From contig OZ024741.1 of the NCBI GenBank assembly GCA_964016885.1, positions 99,138,001 through 99,202,000 of the forward strand: a stretch of DNA of 64,000 nt, written 5' to 3'. Made by a program: the position numbers and the translations under genes. The stretch is from Eledone cirrhosa (lineage: Eukaryota). Below, piece by piece: positions 46,913 to 62,755 of this stretch; position 1 is the first letter of the stretch, and every line of letters starts with the position of its first letter. Under the pieces are notes generated by a model. It was not told where the DNA came from. It saw only the letters and a program-made list of their open reading frames with translations, and made no database searches.

Positions 46913-48429
46913 AACACCAGTTACACTGGGGTGTAGAATATGTCGCTCCCTTCCTCTCTTCCTTTCTTTAATTACTTACATCATTTTTTTTTCATTTTTT
47001 TCATTTTTTATATATTTCCTTATTGCCAAGTATATTATACTTCGTCTCTACGCCGGACGATGCTTTGGGATGACCAACAGCAAGAATAAGAAGACGATGT
47101 ATAATATACAGTCTTTATCACATTTTAAAATCTTGAGGTTGTGAGTTATCTCCTTCAGCAAGACACTTTATTTCACGTTGCTCCTTCTAACTGGAGTTGC
47201 GACCGATAGATAGTGTTAGCAATTGGAAAGACCAATGGAAACATTGTTTCCTCGGTCCGATTTGACGAAAGTCGAGCGTTCCTTTTTTTATCACATTTTC
47301 TGCTTATGTAGCCTGAATTGGATGCAATAGAATGTTATTCTTCTCCGAAAGATAAGAGATCATACCTTCTAGAACAATTCTTTACGGAGATGCTTCTATA
47401 ATGCGCCAATAGGATATATTTGGAAAGCGTGGTGGTGAGGCGTTTTTCTGAATGTCTAGATATTATGATTTTTTATAAAATGATTTTCAGGAAGCCTAAT
47501 ATAGCGGGGGTTTTTTCCTTGTTGTTTGCAAAGATCTTAGCTTGATTAATTAATGCTTTAGATAATTTTCATGGGGAAGTTTCTAATTCTAACACTTTAT
47601 TTATATCTACATTCAATTTATCTTAAATGTTCTAATTTACGTTGTATTCTGCACAAATAATTACCATTTAAATAATTATGTTGCGGAACGAATGCTCATC
47701 ATGCTTGACATAAATAGCGACCGATATAAGATCCCGTTAGAACATAATTACCCTCCTCAGAGTAGTGATCTTAAAATGAAGAGACAATAATCTCTGAAAT
47801 GCGTAATGTTAATTTCTTGTGTGTATGGGATTTGCGAGCATAAGCCTTGTATATATAGTTAGCATATGCACAAAGTGATGATAAAAATGTACAATATTTA
47901 GTTTATATCGATATACGTTTTGAGTTCAATTCCTGTTGGAATCGACTTTGCCTCTCCTTATTTGGTGATCGATGAAATATGTATTATTGATTATACCCCG
48001 CCCCTAAAATGTGTGACAGTGTGGCCATGTGATAAATTATAATAATAGTGGGTGTATTTAATTTATTTGCGTGTATGAGTGTACATTGTTCCGATGAGCA
48101 AATACTTGTGAACATTTATATGGTTATATGTATATGTGTAGATGCACGTGTTGTGCAATAATCAATGCGTGTGTGCATATGTATCATATTTATGATTTTG
48201 TGACCTGTGTGTTGGTAGTGTTGTATGAATGTATAAATTGTGTGTGTTGAATATGGGTGTGTTAAATATGAAATGGGTATGTCTGAGTTTCATGTTTATA
48301 TGTAGCAAATGTGTGTGTATATGTATACGTTTCTATATGACAGAGTACATTGGTACATGTGTGTGTTTATATGTAATGTGAGTAACTGAATGATTTTGAA
48401 TATATATCATTAACATTTGCTTGTATATT

Positions 48430-48462
<33 letters not shown>

Positions 48463-48477
48463 CTGTGTCTGTATGCG

Positions 48478-48577
<100 letters not shown>

Positions 48578-49489
48578 GCACATGTGTTTATATATATTTC
48601 TGTGTTTGTGGGTCTTTAACGATGTTTATATGATACATATATAGTATGTATGAGAAATTGTGTATCATAACAGATATAAGTGTATGTGTATGTTTCTATA
48701 TTAGTGTATCTTTCTATATTAGTGTATGTTTTATATATGTGTATGTTTGTGTATCATAACAAGTGTATGTGTATGTTTCTATATTAGTGTATCTTTCTAT
48801 ATTAGTGTATGTTTTATATATGTGTATGTTTGTGTATTATAACATATGTGTGTGTTTGCGTGCTTCTGACCTCTTCATTCCCTTTGTAGCAGATGGGAGC
48901 TGAAGTAATCAATCACTGCCCAAGGTTATACATCTCATATTAACCAAAGCCTTCATCTACCCACCACCTCTTACCCACTGTACAGGCCCTCATTCTATTC
49001 GTACTCTTCCCTCAAACCCTATGTACCCCTATCCTTCCCTTCTCCCTCTTCTCCTCTTTCATATTCCTCATGCTGTCGCTGCTTGTGTGTTTTCATCTAC
49101 AAATACCATTTCAATCTAACACATTCTCCATACTCCTCATCACCTTTTACTCCTACCTTCTTCTCCTCCTCCTCTTTCTCATTCTCATCCACTTCCTCCT
49201 CATCAATGCCTTCATCATCTACTACATTCTTCTTTTCCTTCCTTGTTTTCATCCATCTTAGATAAATCTTGCTCGATGGGAAGGGTACGGTTGTTGTCAT
49301 TTTTTATTAGCTCCAGGTCAGGACTAACTGATCAGTCTTATGATCAAAGTCGCTCCATCCATGACCAATCCTCATTTCTTTTAATTGTAAGCTAGAGGTA
49401 AGATTTATTGAATATTTGACTTCTATTTTTAGCGGTCTTATCTACCACGCAGAGGCTACCTCTTTGGCTATCGATACATCCGATGTTCT

Positions 49490-49765
49490 ATATGAATTTT
49501 TGAATGATAATGGTTATAGGAATTCAAAATGAGAGCAAGGTATGGAGGTCTGAGAATGTGCAATGGTTTATGCTGCGATGTCAGCAGAAAGATGAGGATG
49601 TGAGGCAGTTAAGATGGAATGTTTACGGGGTTCTCGTACACCTGTATATTCAGTAGGGTTAAATGTGCATTGGCCATTGTAGTAGCGGTAAATGAGACAT
49701 GGGAGGAGGCAACCTTTCGGTGGTGGATGGTTGTTAAAAGTTTGTAAATTAAGGATTGCTTATTA
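49490..49765 (-). pseudogene. Decayed CR1-type LINE 3' remnant (similar pieces at ~34095, 60180-60345, 62100-62250)
   Basis: Minus strand reads RKVAS/CLIYRYYNGQC across a frameshift. Confidence 0.5.
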
Positions 49766-49850
49766 AGCAGTTGGGTTTTTTTCCCGCTGAGTGCGTAATG
49801 GTAGAACTATCTTAAACATGAGAGCAATACTTTACTGGCAGACGAACTGT

Positions 49851-50264
<414 letters not shown>

Positions 50265-50419
50265 TAAACAATAAAATATATATTTTATCTTGACTCTGTA
50301 TACCGTTTATCTTTCACCGAAAGTGATTTTTCATTACATCTCTTCTTTCCATGATATCCGGAATACATTGAGTTCTTCATACGGATTGGACACTACCGTA
50401 AACTCTTGGTAGATTTATC

Positions 50420-50519
<100 letters not shown>

Positions 50520-50726
50520 AACCTTTATATATATATATATATAGCCTTATTTCCCGATGATATATGATGTCGAAGAGACACAGTTTGTCAGAACGGTGCC
50601 TCTTCGACATTTTAAATAATGAGCCCATTAGACACCAGGTCTGAACAGAGCTGATTACTTCAAGAGAAGAGATCTGGAGAAAGAGAGAGAGAGAGAGAGA
50701 GAGAGGGGGGGAGGGAGAGAGAGTGC

Positions 50727-50779
<53 letters not shown>

Positions 50780-51239
50780 AAAGAGTGGTAGAGGAAGAAA
50801 TGACCCCAGCACTGAACTGGTACATTATGAATCGATCTCGAAAGGATATAAGGCAAGGTTTGAACGTCGGAGGAAATACCGAGGAATTTAATCCTTAACG
50901 ATTCTGCAGTCACCGATAGGCCTATGCTTCATTTCCCACAAGCCAAACGTCACAAGCTGTCGAGATATCGGCCGAACTCCGATAGGTTTGTTATCGAACC
51001 TGTAGCAATGTAGACTAATGGAGTTTTGGTCCCCGTACCAAATCCCTAAGCTCAACTAACGAGGCGTAGCTGGCCACTCGCAGGAGTGAAGCCAGCGAGT
51101 TAAAATGGTTATTTCAATGTGTTCCCCTCGCTTTCTCCGGGGCAAAGCATTCTTTATTCTATCTAGTGGGACGACTAGGCGGCCTGCGCTTATGGTTCTG
51201 TACGCCAGAGAGCGTTACTCCACACCGTCCAGGCTCGTG

Positions 51240-51410
51240 ACATAGAGTTACCGCCCTTTACGGTATGAGTTCAATCCCTCTGAAGTTATATTTGCCTTTC
51301 ATCCTTATGGGGTCGATAAAATAAAGTACCAGTCACATCCTGGGATCGATTATATCGACTTTCCCACCCTCACAAAATTGCTGGCCTTGTGCTTAATATA
51401 GACACAATTG
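51240..51410 (+). mobile_element. tRNA-derived SINE (Meta-domain-like)
   Basis: gagttcaatccc B-box, core, and tail gctggccttgtgc. Confidence 0.75.
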
Positions 51411-52119
51411 TTAGGATAAACAATGTTTCAGTATTCTTTCTCGTGTTTTTGTTCTATATCACTTACACCAGCAACAAGTAATTACATAGAATAATAGAGC
51501 CTATTTAACAACAAAACATGAAACCATAAACCATAGTGATAATGTCTTTGCCAAATATAATTTCTAAACTATTAGATGAAAGTTTACAGTTAAAGGTATT
51601 TTAGTAATATACGTGTCCACCTTGACAAAAAGCTTCTATGCATTCAGAAAGCTCAGAACCTGATCCCGCTATGCGATATCTTAGATGTGTTTTACCATAG
51701 CCCCAGGTTGAGTCAATACTTGTATACGAAATTGGATAGACAGAAACTGTGTAGAAGCCCGTCAAATGGACTATTTTTATAATTCAAGGGCCAGTATCGT
51801 CATATATTTTGTCACATTGACTCGTCGTGAAGATTATAGTAAAGATATACGTTCCTGGAGTATTCAGCCAATTACATGTTTATCTAATGAGTTTGGATAT
51901 TCCATCAAATATCCGATATGTCATTTCTTTATTTAAGACGGTAGGGGTGTTATTTATGAAGTTTTGGCTGCTATCTTTAGCAAACCACACTAATAAACAC
52001 AGTCATCGGCGTGTGGTTTTGTGATTGTTGTTGGAATTGTTGCTTAGCTTCAATTCAGTCCAGAATTGTATATCTATGACCAAATACATTTTAACACTGA
52101 CCATTCAGTCTGTTTAGGG

Positions 52120-52200
52120 CAGAGGTTCTCAAAGTGGGCAGTTCCCCCCCCCCCCTCCCTCGGGGCGTTGAGAAGATCCAGGGGGCGCTGGGAGAGGTGC
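52120..52200 (+). mobile_element. hAT-type MITE terminus (similar ends at ~59479 and ~21540)
   Basis: CAGAGGTTCTCAAAGTGGG resembles hAT terminal inverted repeats; partner end not found. Confidence 0.4.
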
Positions 52201-53435
52201 TTTAAAGATGGTATAATAGTATATTAAATATCAAATGATACATATATATAAATATAGTAAAATAAAAAATATATAATATTTAGGGGTATCTAGCATTACA
52301 TTATCTAATGTGTCGTTTCTTAGTTAAGACGGTTGCATGAGTTCATTGTGTTTTGATTGCTTTTTCTAACAGACTGAACGACCACATCAAGATCCTTTCG
52401 TTAGCTATGTGTTTGATAGCTTCGGTATTGTAGCTGATGTTGTTGTTGGTGTTCATGTTGTTATACCTAGTGCTCTTGTTGATATTATTCATGTTGTTAT
52501 TCATGTTGTCATTCTTGCTGTTGGTGTTTTTAATATTATTGTTGATGGTGGCATTGTAAATGTTATTGTTGTTGATATTGTTTTGAGTGCTTTAATGATG
52601 ATGTAATGATTGTCAAGAGGTTTTTGTTGCTGTTACGGTTATTGTTGTTGTTTCTGTTACTGTTATTGTTGTTGTATTTTGTTCTTTGTTTTTGTTTTTT
52701 TTTGTTTTTTTTTGTGGTTTAATGATGATGGCATAATGATTATGAAGTATTAATGATGATTTAATGATGATGATATACAGCTAATTGTGTAATGATAATG
52801 ATGTTGTGATGACGATGATTGTTGTTAGTGATGTTATTGGATGGTATTGTTATTGGTATTTTAGTTGTTGGAGTTGTTCCTCAGTGTGTTCTTGGATATT
52901 TTGTAGGTGGTGCAGATACTTTTTAGCATTATTTTCTTTTTAATTCTTGTTTGTTATTCTGATTGTTGTTGTTAATGGTGTTGCTACCAATGTTGTTGTT
53001 GTTCTTGTGGTCGTTGTTGGTGTGGTTTTCTAGGAGGGGTTGCTGAGTACACAATATGAAAAAATAGGTGAAATCAGGGTGTGGTGAATGAGATATTGCG
53101 GTTTGTGCCTCTTGGAATGTTTGTAAAGAGAGCTAATGAGTCACGTGACTCAATCGATTGAAACACTTTAAGGAGCAGGGGGTGGATGAGAGTGAGAGAA
53201 GGGAAAGAAGAGCGGGAGAAAGGGAAAATAGAATGGAAAGAAGAAGAAGAAGAAGAAGAAGAAGAAGAAGAAGAAGAAGAAGAAGAAGAAGAATAGTAGT
53301 GGTGGTGATGATTATGATGATGATGATGACGATGACAGCAGAATTATGAAAGTATGAGTGAAGAAAACTACGAAAGTATGGAAGTTTGGAAGTAGGGAAG
53401 TTTGGAAGATATATAGTAAAAGTGATAATATATAG

Positions 53436-53612
53436 TTGTTTCTACTTTTGGCCAGCAATTATCCCAGTGTATTACTGGTACTTTATTTTATCGACCCTGT
53501 AAGGATGAAAGGCAAAGTTAATCTCCGCAGGATTTGAACTCAGACCGTAAAGGGCGGTAACTCCATACTGGAAAGCATGGCGTCCGACCATCTACCGATA
53601 CTGCCAATCCAC
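53436..53612 (-). mobile_element. tRNA-derived SINE (Meta-domain-like)
   Basis: Reverse complement has TGGCAGTATCGG A-box and GAGTTCAAATCC B-box. Confidence 0.8.
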
Positions 53613-53619
53613 TGCGATA

Positions 53620-53979
53620 TCTTTATATATATAAAAGCGAGGATGTGTGTGTGTCTGTGTACAACTTTGAATACCTAAGGCTTTTACAATTACCAACCGA
53701 ATTTGACCAAATTTTCTGTGCACGTTGCACAGGTCGCTAAGATGGTCACATCACAAAAAATCGACCCACGTTGAGCAATAAAAAATCGATATCAAAATTG
53801 ATGTAAGGGAGATAACCAACTTTATTGACAATCCTTATAAAAAAGGGAGATAACCAACTTTATTGACAATCCTTATAAAGAGACTGCTTAGGTTGGGGAC
53901 AAATAATGTTCTTTTACTTCCTAGCTGTATATTCTTAGCATAATTTCAAACCCCGAGCAACGCCGGGTAAATCTGCTAG
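53620..53979 (+). mobile_element. Non-autonomous Helitron
   Basis: A|TC start, subterminal hairpin cccgagcaacgccggg, CTAG|T end, no TSD; internal ~38-bp tandem duplication at 53805-53879. Confidence 0.8.
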
Positions 53980-54055
53980 TATGTAATATAGGGAAAATTT
54001 CGCTGTCAATTCTTGTAAGTAAACCCACCCACCGGCCACCTTTAAGTAGTAGTAT

Positions 54056-54125
<70 letters not shown>

Positions 54126-54153
54126 TGTTGTTGTTGTTGTTGTTGTAGTTGTA

Positions 54154-54185
<32 letters not shown>

Positions 54186-55128
54186 GCCCAACGTTAACCA
54201 TGTTTGATCAGACATATGATGAAAGTCATTCCTTTCCCAAACGCTAGAATTCATTTACCCACCCGATACTCTATGTTCTGTTTTATCTCCTGTTGTTGTT
54301 GTAAAATCCCAGGTCAGTCCTGATTACAAGCGGCGGTCTATAATTAAAGGCATTCCTGTAATGACTATCCCAGTCTCTTTTTTTTTTTTTTGCAGACATA
54401 TACCTTTGCCACTACGATAGTAAGCTGGGATTTGTAGTATATTTAGCTGCTACTTCTAGCTGGTCATTCCACAACAATGAAGCTCCCGTTGGCTTCCATC
54501 CAATATATTTTCACACTATGTATCTCAGACTATATTTCCCAACATGTTCTTTCCGTATCTAAAACGGTAGAGTGTGATTTGGGGAAAATTTGAGTGTTAT
54601 TTCTAGCACTCTATTAACGCTTGAATTGCAATTGTCTATGTTTTATTTCATGTTGAAAATAATCAAGAATTAGGGGGGGGGGGGGCTTTAATGTAACTAT
54701 ATTTTTATCGCTTAGTCACAGAATAAAGGGCAGAGTAAAGAGCAGCGCCCATTGCCATTTATTTTTTCAAGGCCACCGAGTGTGGCAGGAAGAAGGGAGG
54801 CACCCTCTCTCAAACTGGAAGCCCGAGTCTAAATATTTGCAGCAAAGGACAAGGGAAAGATATTAATTCCACCAAGTCACCACCCTAGACTGATATATAC
54901 TTTATCGAACCAGAAATAAGGAGTGGTAAAGTTTACATTGATAGGATTTGAACTCAGTGAACAGAGAATCAGAAGAAATGCTACAGTGGATTTTGTTGTA
55001 CAAATCCGTCTGTATTAAGATGGTGTTTGTAACGATTTACCAAAGTGGTTCGTGCTTAAGATTATAGTGAGAGGTTTAAATTTAAATATTGTACACACAC
55101 GTACAGACACACGCACACACACACACGC

Positions 55129-55184
<56 letters not shown>

Positions 55185-55461
55185 GAATGCATGTATAGTA
55201 TATTTGGCAACATACCGTATGCTTTATTTAAAATTATTTAGAAGACCATACGCTATCAGTTTTAAAGTAGTGACTATGTCACTTACTTCTTTTCGACGAA
55301 AGAAGGGAGAGAAGCTGACAGTCTGTTTCACGCTGGTTGCCGTTAATCAGAGCCACGCACTCCCCCTGCTTCCCCGAAAACTATAGAAGCTGGATTCTTA
55401 TAGAATTCCAGAAATAATCAGAAGCTGATTATACAGAGCGATTGCCGGTCCAGCAAAAGTG

Positions 55462-55561
<100 letters not shown>

Positions 55562-55760
55562 AGAAGAAGAAGAAGAAGAAGAAGAAGAAGAAGAAGAAGA
55601 AGAAGAAGAAGAAGAAGAAGAATTGATTTGACTGGGCATTCAATAATTATCACAAAATAATTTTGTATGTAGGAATTGTTTATATGTACAACCCGTCATT
55701 TTTGGCGGGTACTATGCTAATATGTATGCAAAATACATGCTAATATGTATACAAATCCAT

Positions 55761-55816
<56 letters not shown>

Positions 55817-55914
55817 CATCCATCTATCCATCTATTTATGAATACCTATATTCATACATGCACACATATATATTTACACATAACCATACATACATAAGTA
55901 CACACACACACACT

Positions 55915-56692
55915 TACACAAATCCATCTATAGATACATACATACATAAACACACATCCATCTATACATATACACACATACAAACTCCCACACATACATA
56001 CACACATCCATCGATACATACACATCATCCACCCCCACCCCCACACACATCATCCCTACATACATACATACAATCATGCATACATACATTCATATATACA
56101 TATATACATACATACACACATTCATCTATAGATACATACACACATACACACATCCATCTATACATACACATCATACACCCCCCACACACACACAAACACT
56201 CACACACATAAACACACATCCATCTCTACATACATACACACATACACATATCCATCTCTACATACACATCATACCCCACACACAAACACACACACACATA
56301 AACACACATCCATCTCTACAAACATACACACATACACACATCCATCTCTACATACACATCATACCCCCCACACGAACACACACACAAACACTCACACACA
56401 TAAACACATATCCATCTATAGATACATACACACATACACACATCCATCTCTACATACACATCATACCCCCCACACGAACACACACACAAACACTCACACA
56501 CATAAACACATATCCATCTATAGATACATACTCACATACACACATCCATCTCTACATACACATCATACCCCCCACACAAACTCACACACAAACACTCACA
56601 CACATAAACACATATCCATCTCTACATACATACACATCATACCCCCTACACAAACACACACACAAACACTCACACATATAAACACACACATC
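55915..56692. repeat. CA-rich minisatellite, ~102-bp higher-order unit
   Basis: tccatctctacatacacatcataccccc recurs at 56341, 56443 and 56545. Confidence 0.85.
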
Positions 56693-57206
56693 CGTCTCTC
56701 AATAAAAAAATACAATAATTATTTTTAAACAATAACAAAGAAATCTATTGAGATAACCAAATATGGAGAACAAAGTGATTATCATTGTTTTCTTTTGTTT
56801 TTATTTGCAATTTTTTTATATATATCTCTTACATATTTTTCTTTTGTTTTTCTATTTTGATTGTTTTTTTTTTAATTTTGATTCATTCGGTAAAACCATC
56901 ATTGCCTTTGTTATTTCTCTTTTCTTTCTTCTCTAACATCGCTAGCTTTCTCCCATCTTTAACATGGACACATATATACATATACATATAAATATATAAA
57001 ATATATATACACACACACACACATATATATATATATATGTATATATGTGCATGCATACATATATGTGCATGCATACACATACACACTCACACAAACACAT
57101 ACATATATATGCATACATAGCCACATCTCTCTTTCTCACTCTCTTTCTTTATATATATATATGTGTGTCTGTGTGTGAGTGCGTGCGGGCTTATGCTTGT
57201 ATGTGT

Positions 57207-57540
<334 letters not shown>

Positions 57541-58063
57541 TCATTCAAATCACAGAGCGAGTTGTAGAGGGGTTTACATTCTTCAAGAAGTCCATAGCTT
57601 CTTTACTCCATTCTAAAATCACACTAATCAAATCACTGTTGTCTTCCAATGGTGAACTCAATAACATCTATTTTCTTTCTTACGCTCACTCCTACTTTCC
57701 TCTGACCCCCCCCCTTTCATATCTTCTTCTTTCACCTCTTCCTCTCCTCCTTCTTGCCCCCCCCCCCTCCACCCCTTCAATCTGATTTGCTACTTTGTCT
57801 TCTTTGTTGTTCAGTTTTGTTATTTTTTATTGTGGTTGCTTTTTTTACTTAAATTCAATTTCTTTATTCTAAATACTATTTCCCCCCTCTTTATCCCTCT
57901 AACATCTCTCTCCTTCCCTCTCTCTCCCCTCTCTCTCTCTATCTATCTATCTATCTATTTATCTATCTATCTGTCATATTTTTTCATTACATTTTGTTTT
58001 GGAGATTTTTATCGCTACCATCTCTATTTCTTTCTCTCTCTCTCCCTCTCCCTCTCCCTCTCC

Positions 58064-58095
<32 letters not shown>

Positions 58096-58582
58096 ATTAA
58101 TTACCATTGTTTCATTCTCTGGAAATCTCTCTATGTCTCGCTCTTTCCTTCTATTGATCTTTCTCCATCCCCACCTGTCTCTCTCTCTCTCTCCCTCTCT
58201 CTCTCCCCCTCTCTCTCTCTTCCATTCTCTCTTCTCTATATATATCAACTATCTGTCTCTCTCACCAGTTGCACCCAGTTGCACCCAGTTACACTCAATT
58301 GCACTCTTAAGATTCAGTAATTAGAGAGTTTCTGTCATGCAGTAGACAAAAGAAATGGAATTCATCCGATGCTGACTGTGATGTTCTTAACGAGGAATGT
58401 CATCACATAAGCAGCACCACCATTACAACCACACCGACGACGGCAGAAACAGCAAGGACAACAACAGTTATCATATTGACAGCAACAAGAATAATAATAA
58501 CTACATCAACAGCTCACATCGTCAGCCAACAAATGAAACTCTCCATTGTCATCGTTCGACACTCACGAAAACAGTCTTTGTT

Positions 58583-59030
58583 TTTCTTCATCTTCTTCTT
58601 CGACCACATATTCCTAAGAGGGCCGTGGGGACCGAGCCCTCAAAGACTCCTTCCAGTGGGTCCTGTCGGAAATAACTGTCTCCGACTGATCCGGCTGCGA
58701 AATCAGCCAAGCCCGTGGATGTTATCCAACCATCTTGCTCGGGCGCTCATGCTGATTGGTTTTGCCCGTAAAATTTGTCCAGCGATTCTTTACAAGACAT
58801 TCTAACCACATGCACATAGTATAGGAGTTGTGATCTCTCAATTCGGAGGGACTCTCTGATCTCCAAGCTACGCACTCTATTGAGTAACGTTACTCCAAAT
58901 ACTCTTCGATGGAACCCCATTTCGGCCACTTATATTCGCGCTTGTATTCTGTTGGTCATTACCCAAGATTCATGACCATAGGTAAGGGTTGGCAAGAATA
59001 CCGAATTGAAGATAGCGAGTTTGACTTTTA
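58583..59030 (-). pseudogene. RTE-type LINE 3' fragment
   Basis: PTLTYGHESWVMT..AEMGFHRRVFGVTLLNRVRS..HVVRM..RWLDNI, ending in a (GAA)-like tail. Confidence 0.75.
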
Positions 59031-61461
59031 CACCTACTGATTACTGAAGGCTTAAGCTCCTGCAATTCTTGCACTTAACTCTGCCTCATGCCTCCCGCCC
59101 CCATCACCCGAATTAAGAGTGAAATTCACTCAACTTTTTAAAAGAAAAATGGTAGGACAAACGGGTCAATCATAGATATACAAACAGACACATAGAGAAA
59201 AACAGGCATAGAAAGATTTTTTATGATAGATCCGCTCGTTCAGGACAAATTTGAGGCTAACATTTCTTTCTCTCTCTAACAAGAATAACAATCACATAAA
59301 CAGTAAAAGTAAATTTAAGAGTCGAAGGAAGAAGAGGAATAATGATTAATGCGAAGCTTGGAGTGGACACAATATGGTTGACGAGAGAAGGGAAGGAGAA
59401 AACATTAAGTAGGGTGTTTGACCTTCAAATCTCGCCCTACAGTTTTAAAAAGGGAGAAAAACATTGCATAATCTAGACCAGGTATGGGCAACCTTTTTCG
59501 AGCAGTGGGCCGCATCGGATTCGTTTGGTCATCGTTTCATATGCTACAATTAACTGCCAAATTCACCCAAATCTTTAAAGAGAAATGGGAGGATACAATG
59601 TAATCACGGGTATACAAAAAGATATGCCAAAAGACACGATTGGAAAGTTTTTGATCCTAAGTCTTTTTTTCTCATGACTGACTTGAGGCTAAATAACATG
59701 AACAAGATCCCCATCAGCAGTAATATCAGCAACGTTAATAATTAAGGAGCCAATAAAGAAAATAAAAATATTTGAAATAAAATGTTCAAGATTGATTCTC
59801 CTCATTTCCTATGTAAAACATTGCATTAACGAGAGTCTTCATAAGGAATGTTTGGGGAGGCAGTGAACCATATAACATCTCTATCAATTGTTCAATGGGG
59901 TAAAATGAAATGATTCTATCATGTAACAATATCATGACACTCTACTTCCAATGTATATGGCCATGTACGGTCAAACTCCATGTAAGAGACGTATAGGAAA
60001 GGGACTTGGTGTGGTTATGCAACAGCAAAGAATATATAGAGAAGATGGTAAAAGAAATATGGGGTTAGCTGATGACTGGGAAGGGTGTAAGAAAAATGTC
60101 GTATCTCTAGTTGGGTGTATATGACCTCACTAGTCTCTGCACTTTTATTGATTGATTAAGTCTGGGGTCCGTTTACATGGCCTTCACAGTCATTCAGTGA
60201 CCGCAGAATTAATGTCCCTTTTCAATGATTATAACCAGAGCGGGAACTGAATTCCAAAGTGGTTGGAAGGACTGGCGGTAATGATTAGTGCATTGCCTAT
60301 AGATGTACAGAATAGAGTGATGAGTGAAGGAGAAAAGAACTGTCTTAAATCACGTCATTCAGTGTGGAAAAATAAGGTACACAGTATAATCTAGATATTG
60401 ATACACAATGACCGAGATAAGGGTAGGATGGTCATAGTTGGAAGGTTGGAACATATTTGATCATAGGGCTGCTTGATAAGAGCTGACCTAATACCAAACA
60501 ACAATAACTGACATCTAGTCTCTTCCCTTCCTCATAGCTGACGGTAGGAAACCTTGGACAATTACACCAATGCTCATCTATCTATATGATTGGTGTATGT
60601 CAATGATTCTCATGGGGAAAAAGTGACGTCAGTGGGTCCTGCATCCTCAACCGTCCATTTTTTGGAGGCTAGCTACCGAGTCGCAGTTTATCCGCCGCTG
60701 ACCACTCGAAAGGTTGTCACCACGGTTTTAAAATTAGAGTAATCCTTCACCTAGAAAGACTGTCAAACATGGTTAATGAGATCTCTCTACTCGTATTTTG
60801 TTACATACTATTGGATGGACATTTACATTTATGAATTCCTCCGCCCTTTGACGGGTTTTGTTTTTCATTCTGCATGGTTTCCAAACAAGTTTGGTAAGGA
60901 ATAGTACTGCCGGAATAGTAGCCGACGACTCCACATGTGACAAATTGTACTGGGTTACATGTTACCAATAGCGCTCGTGAGCGACCTGGCGTATAGTATC
61001 TATACTGGACAGTGTAGATAGAGAGTACAACGTATCCATACTACCACACTCTAACTTATACGACTCACGGCTGCATATTGAAATGTGCAATAAAAATATC
61101 TGTGAGACTACAGTAACAGACTGAACTGTATGGAGAACGCGACATGTCCAGATTATTACATTGCCGCTCATGATATACGTATTAATGCATGACATTGTGT
61201 GCTGTAAGTTCCTCACTCCGTTAGATATGTTATAACTGGAACAACACATCTGTGTAATACACTAATCGTTTTGTCTAGTAGTACTCTACATGTCAGAGCT
61301 AACTTGGAGCCAGACGACGACAACAACAACAGCAGCAGCAGCAGCAGCAGTAGCAGCGACAACAACAACAACAGCAGCAGCATCAACAACAACAACAACA
61401 GCAGCAGCAACAACAATAATAGTAACAACAGCAACTGCAACATTTTATCAATATGATATAT

Positions 61462-62017
61462 AATTGTTTCTACTTTTGGCAAAAGGCCATCAATTACCCA
61501 GTACATTACTGGTACTTTATGTTATCGACCCCGTAAGGATGAAAGGCAAAGTTAACCTCGGCGGGATTTGAACTCAGATCGTAAAAGGACGTAATCAATA
61601 TGATATATAATGGTTTGTGATTTAGACACAAGACCAACAATTTTTATGAGGTGGAAAGTCGATTAAATCGACCTCAGCGCGTTACTGGTACTTTATTCTA
61701 TCAACACCTTAAGGATGAAAGGCTAAACTCGGTGGGATTTGATGTCATACCGTAATGGGCCATAACTAAATGCCGCAAAGCATGTTGTCCGACGTTCTAC
61801 CGATACTGCCAATCCACAGTCATAGTATGATATATAATTGTTTCTACTTTAGGCACAAGGCCAGCAATTACCCAGTGCATTACTGGTACTTTATTTTATC
61901 GACCCCGTAAGGATGAAAAGCAAAGTCAATCTCGGCGGGATTTGAACTCAGATCGTAAAGGGACGTAACTCTATGCTGCAAAGCATGGCGTCCGACCCTC
62001 TTCCGATACTGCCAATC
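61462..62017 (-). mobile_element. Three head-to-tail tRNA-derived SINE copies
   Basis: Units at ~61462, 61611 and 61837, each preceded by atgatatataat. Confidence 0.85.
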
Positions 62018-62755
62018 AACAACGAAAACAACAAAACACTGTAATTTCATCCGCTTCTACAGCGGCAACTCTTCAAATCTACTCTCGTGGAAGTTCAACT
62101 CAAAACACTCCTAAATCACTCGCCTCAGTCCTCCTCCTTTCACCTATATATCAAGTTCATAATCCTATACCAGGTTCAAACATTCTACGTCCATTCCTTT
62201 CACCCCACATGATTGACCCTCTGGAATTTCCTTCCTGTCCATGTTTTGGGGGTTTATTTTTTACTTGTAGACGGTGATTTACAGTTATTTAAGAAGAATA
62301 TTTTGTAGCGTCGGTCTGGAATGGACCTTCGTCGGTTTGGACAATGAGTGTTTCAGTTGTACGCTACACAGGAATTTCCTACTCATGAAATGAACGTGTA
62401 AGCATCTAAGCATTCTACAAACACCTGTATCGTTAACGTAATCACCAGGAAGAGTTCAATGTGATACTGTGTGAGAAAAAGCAGATCCTTTGAAATACAG
62501 TACTTCGATCATCCCAGATGAAATAGATCTGAATTGTATAGTGTCAACTTGCTGTTGTGAGCGGTCTGCACATGTCACATTTTTAGCAGCGGTCAGCCAC
62601 ACAACAAAAGAATAGCTCGCAAGAACAAAGCGCTCGGATTTTTCTACGTTCTTCATTTGAAAAAGAGGTTCTAACCTTGAAATATGAAATATTGAGTAAC
62701 ACCTATTGTTTGTTCATCATTCATTCTCTACTCTACTCTATTCACACACGCATTA

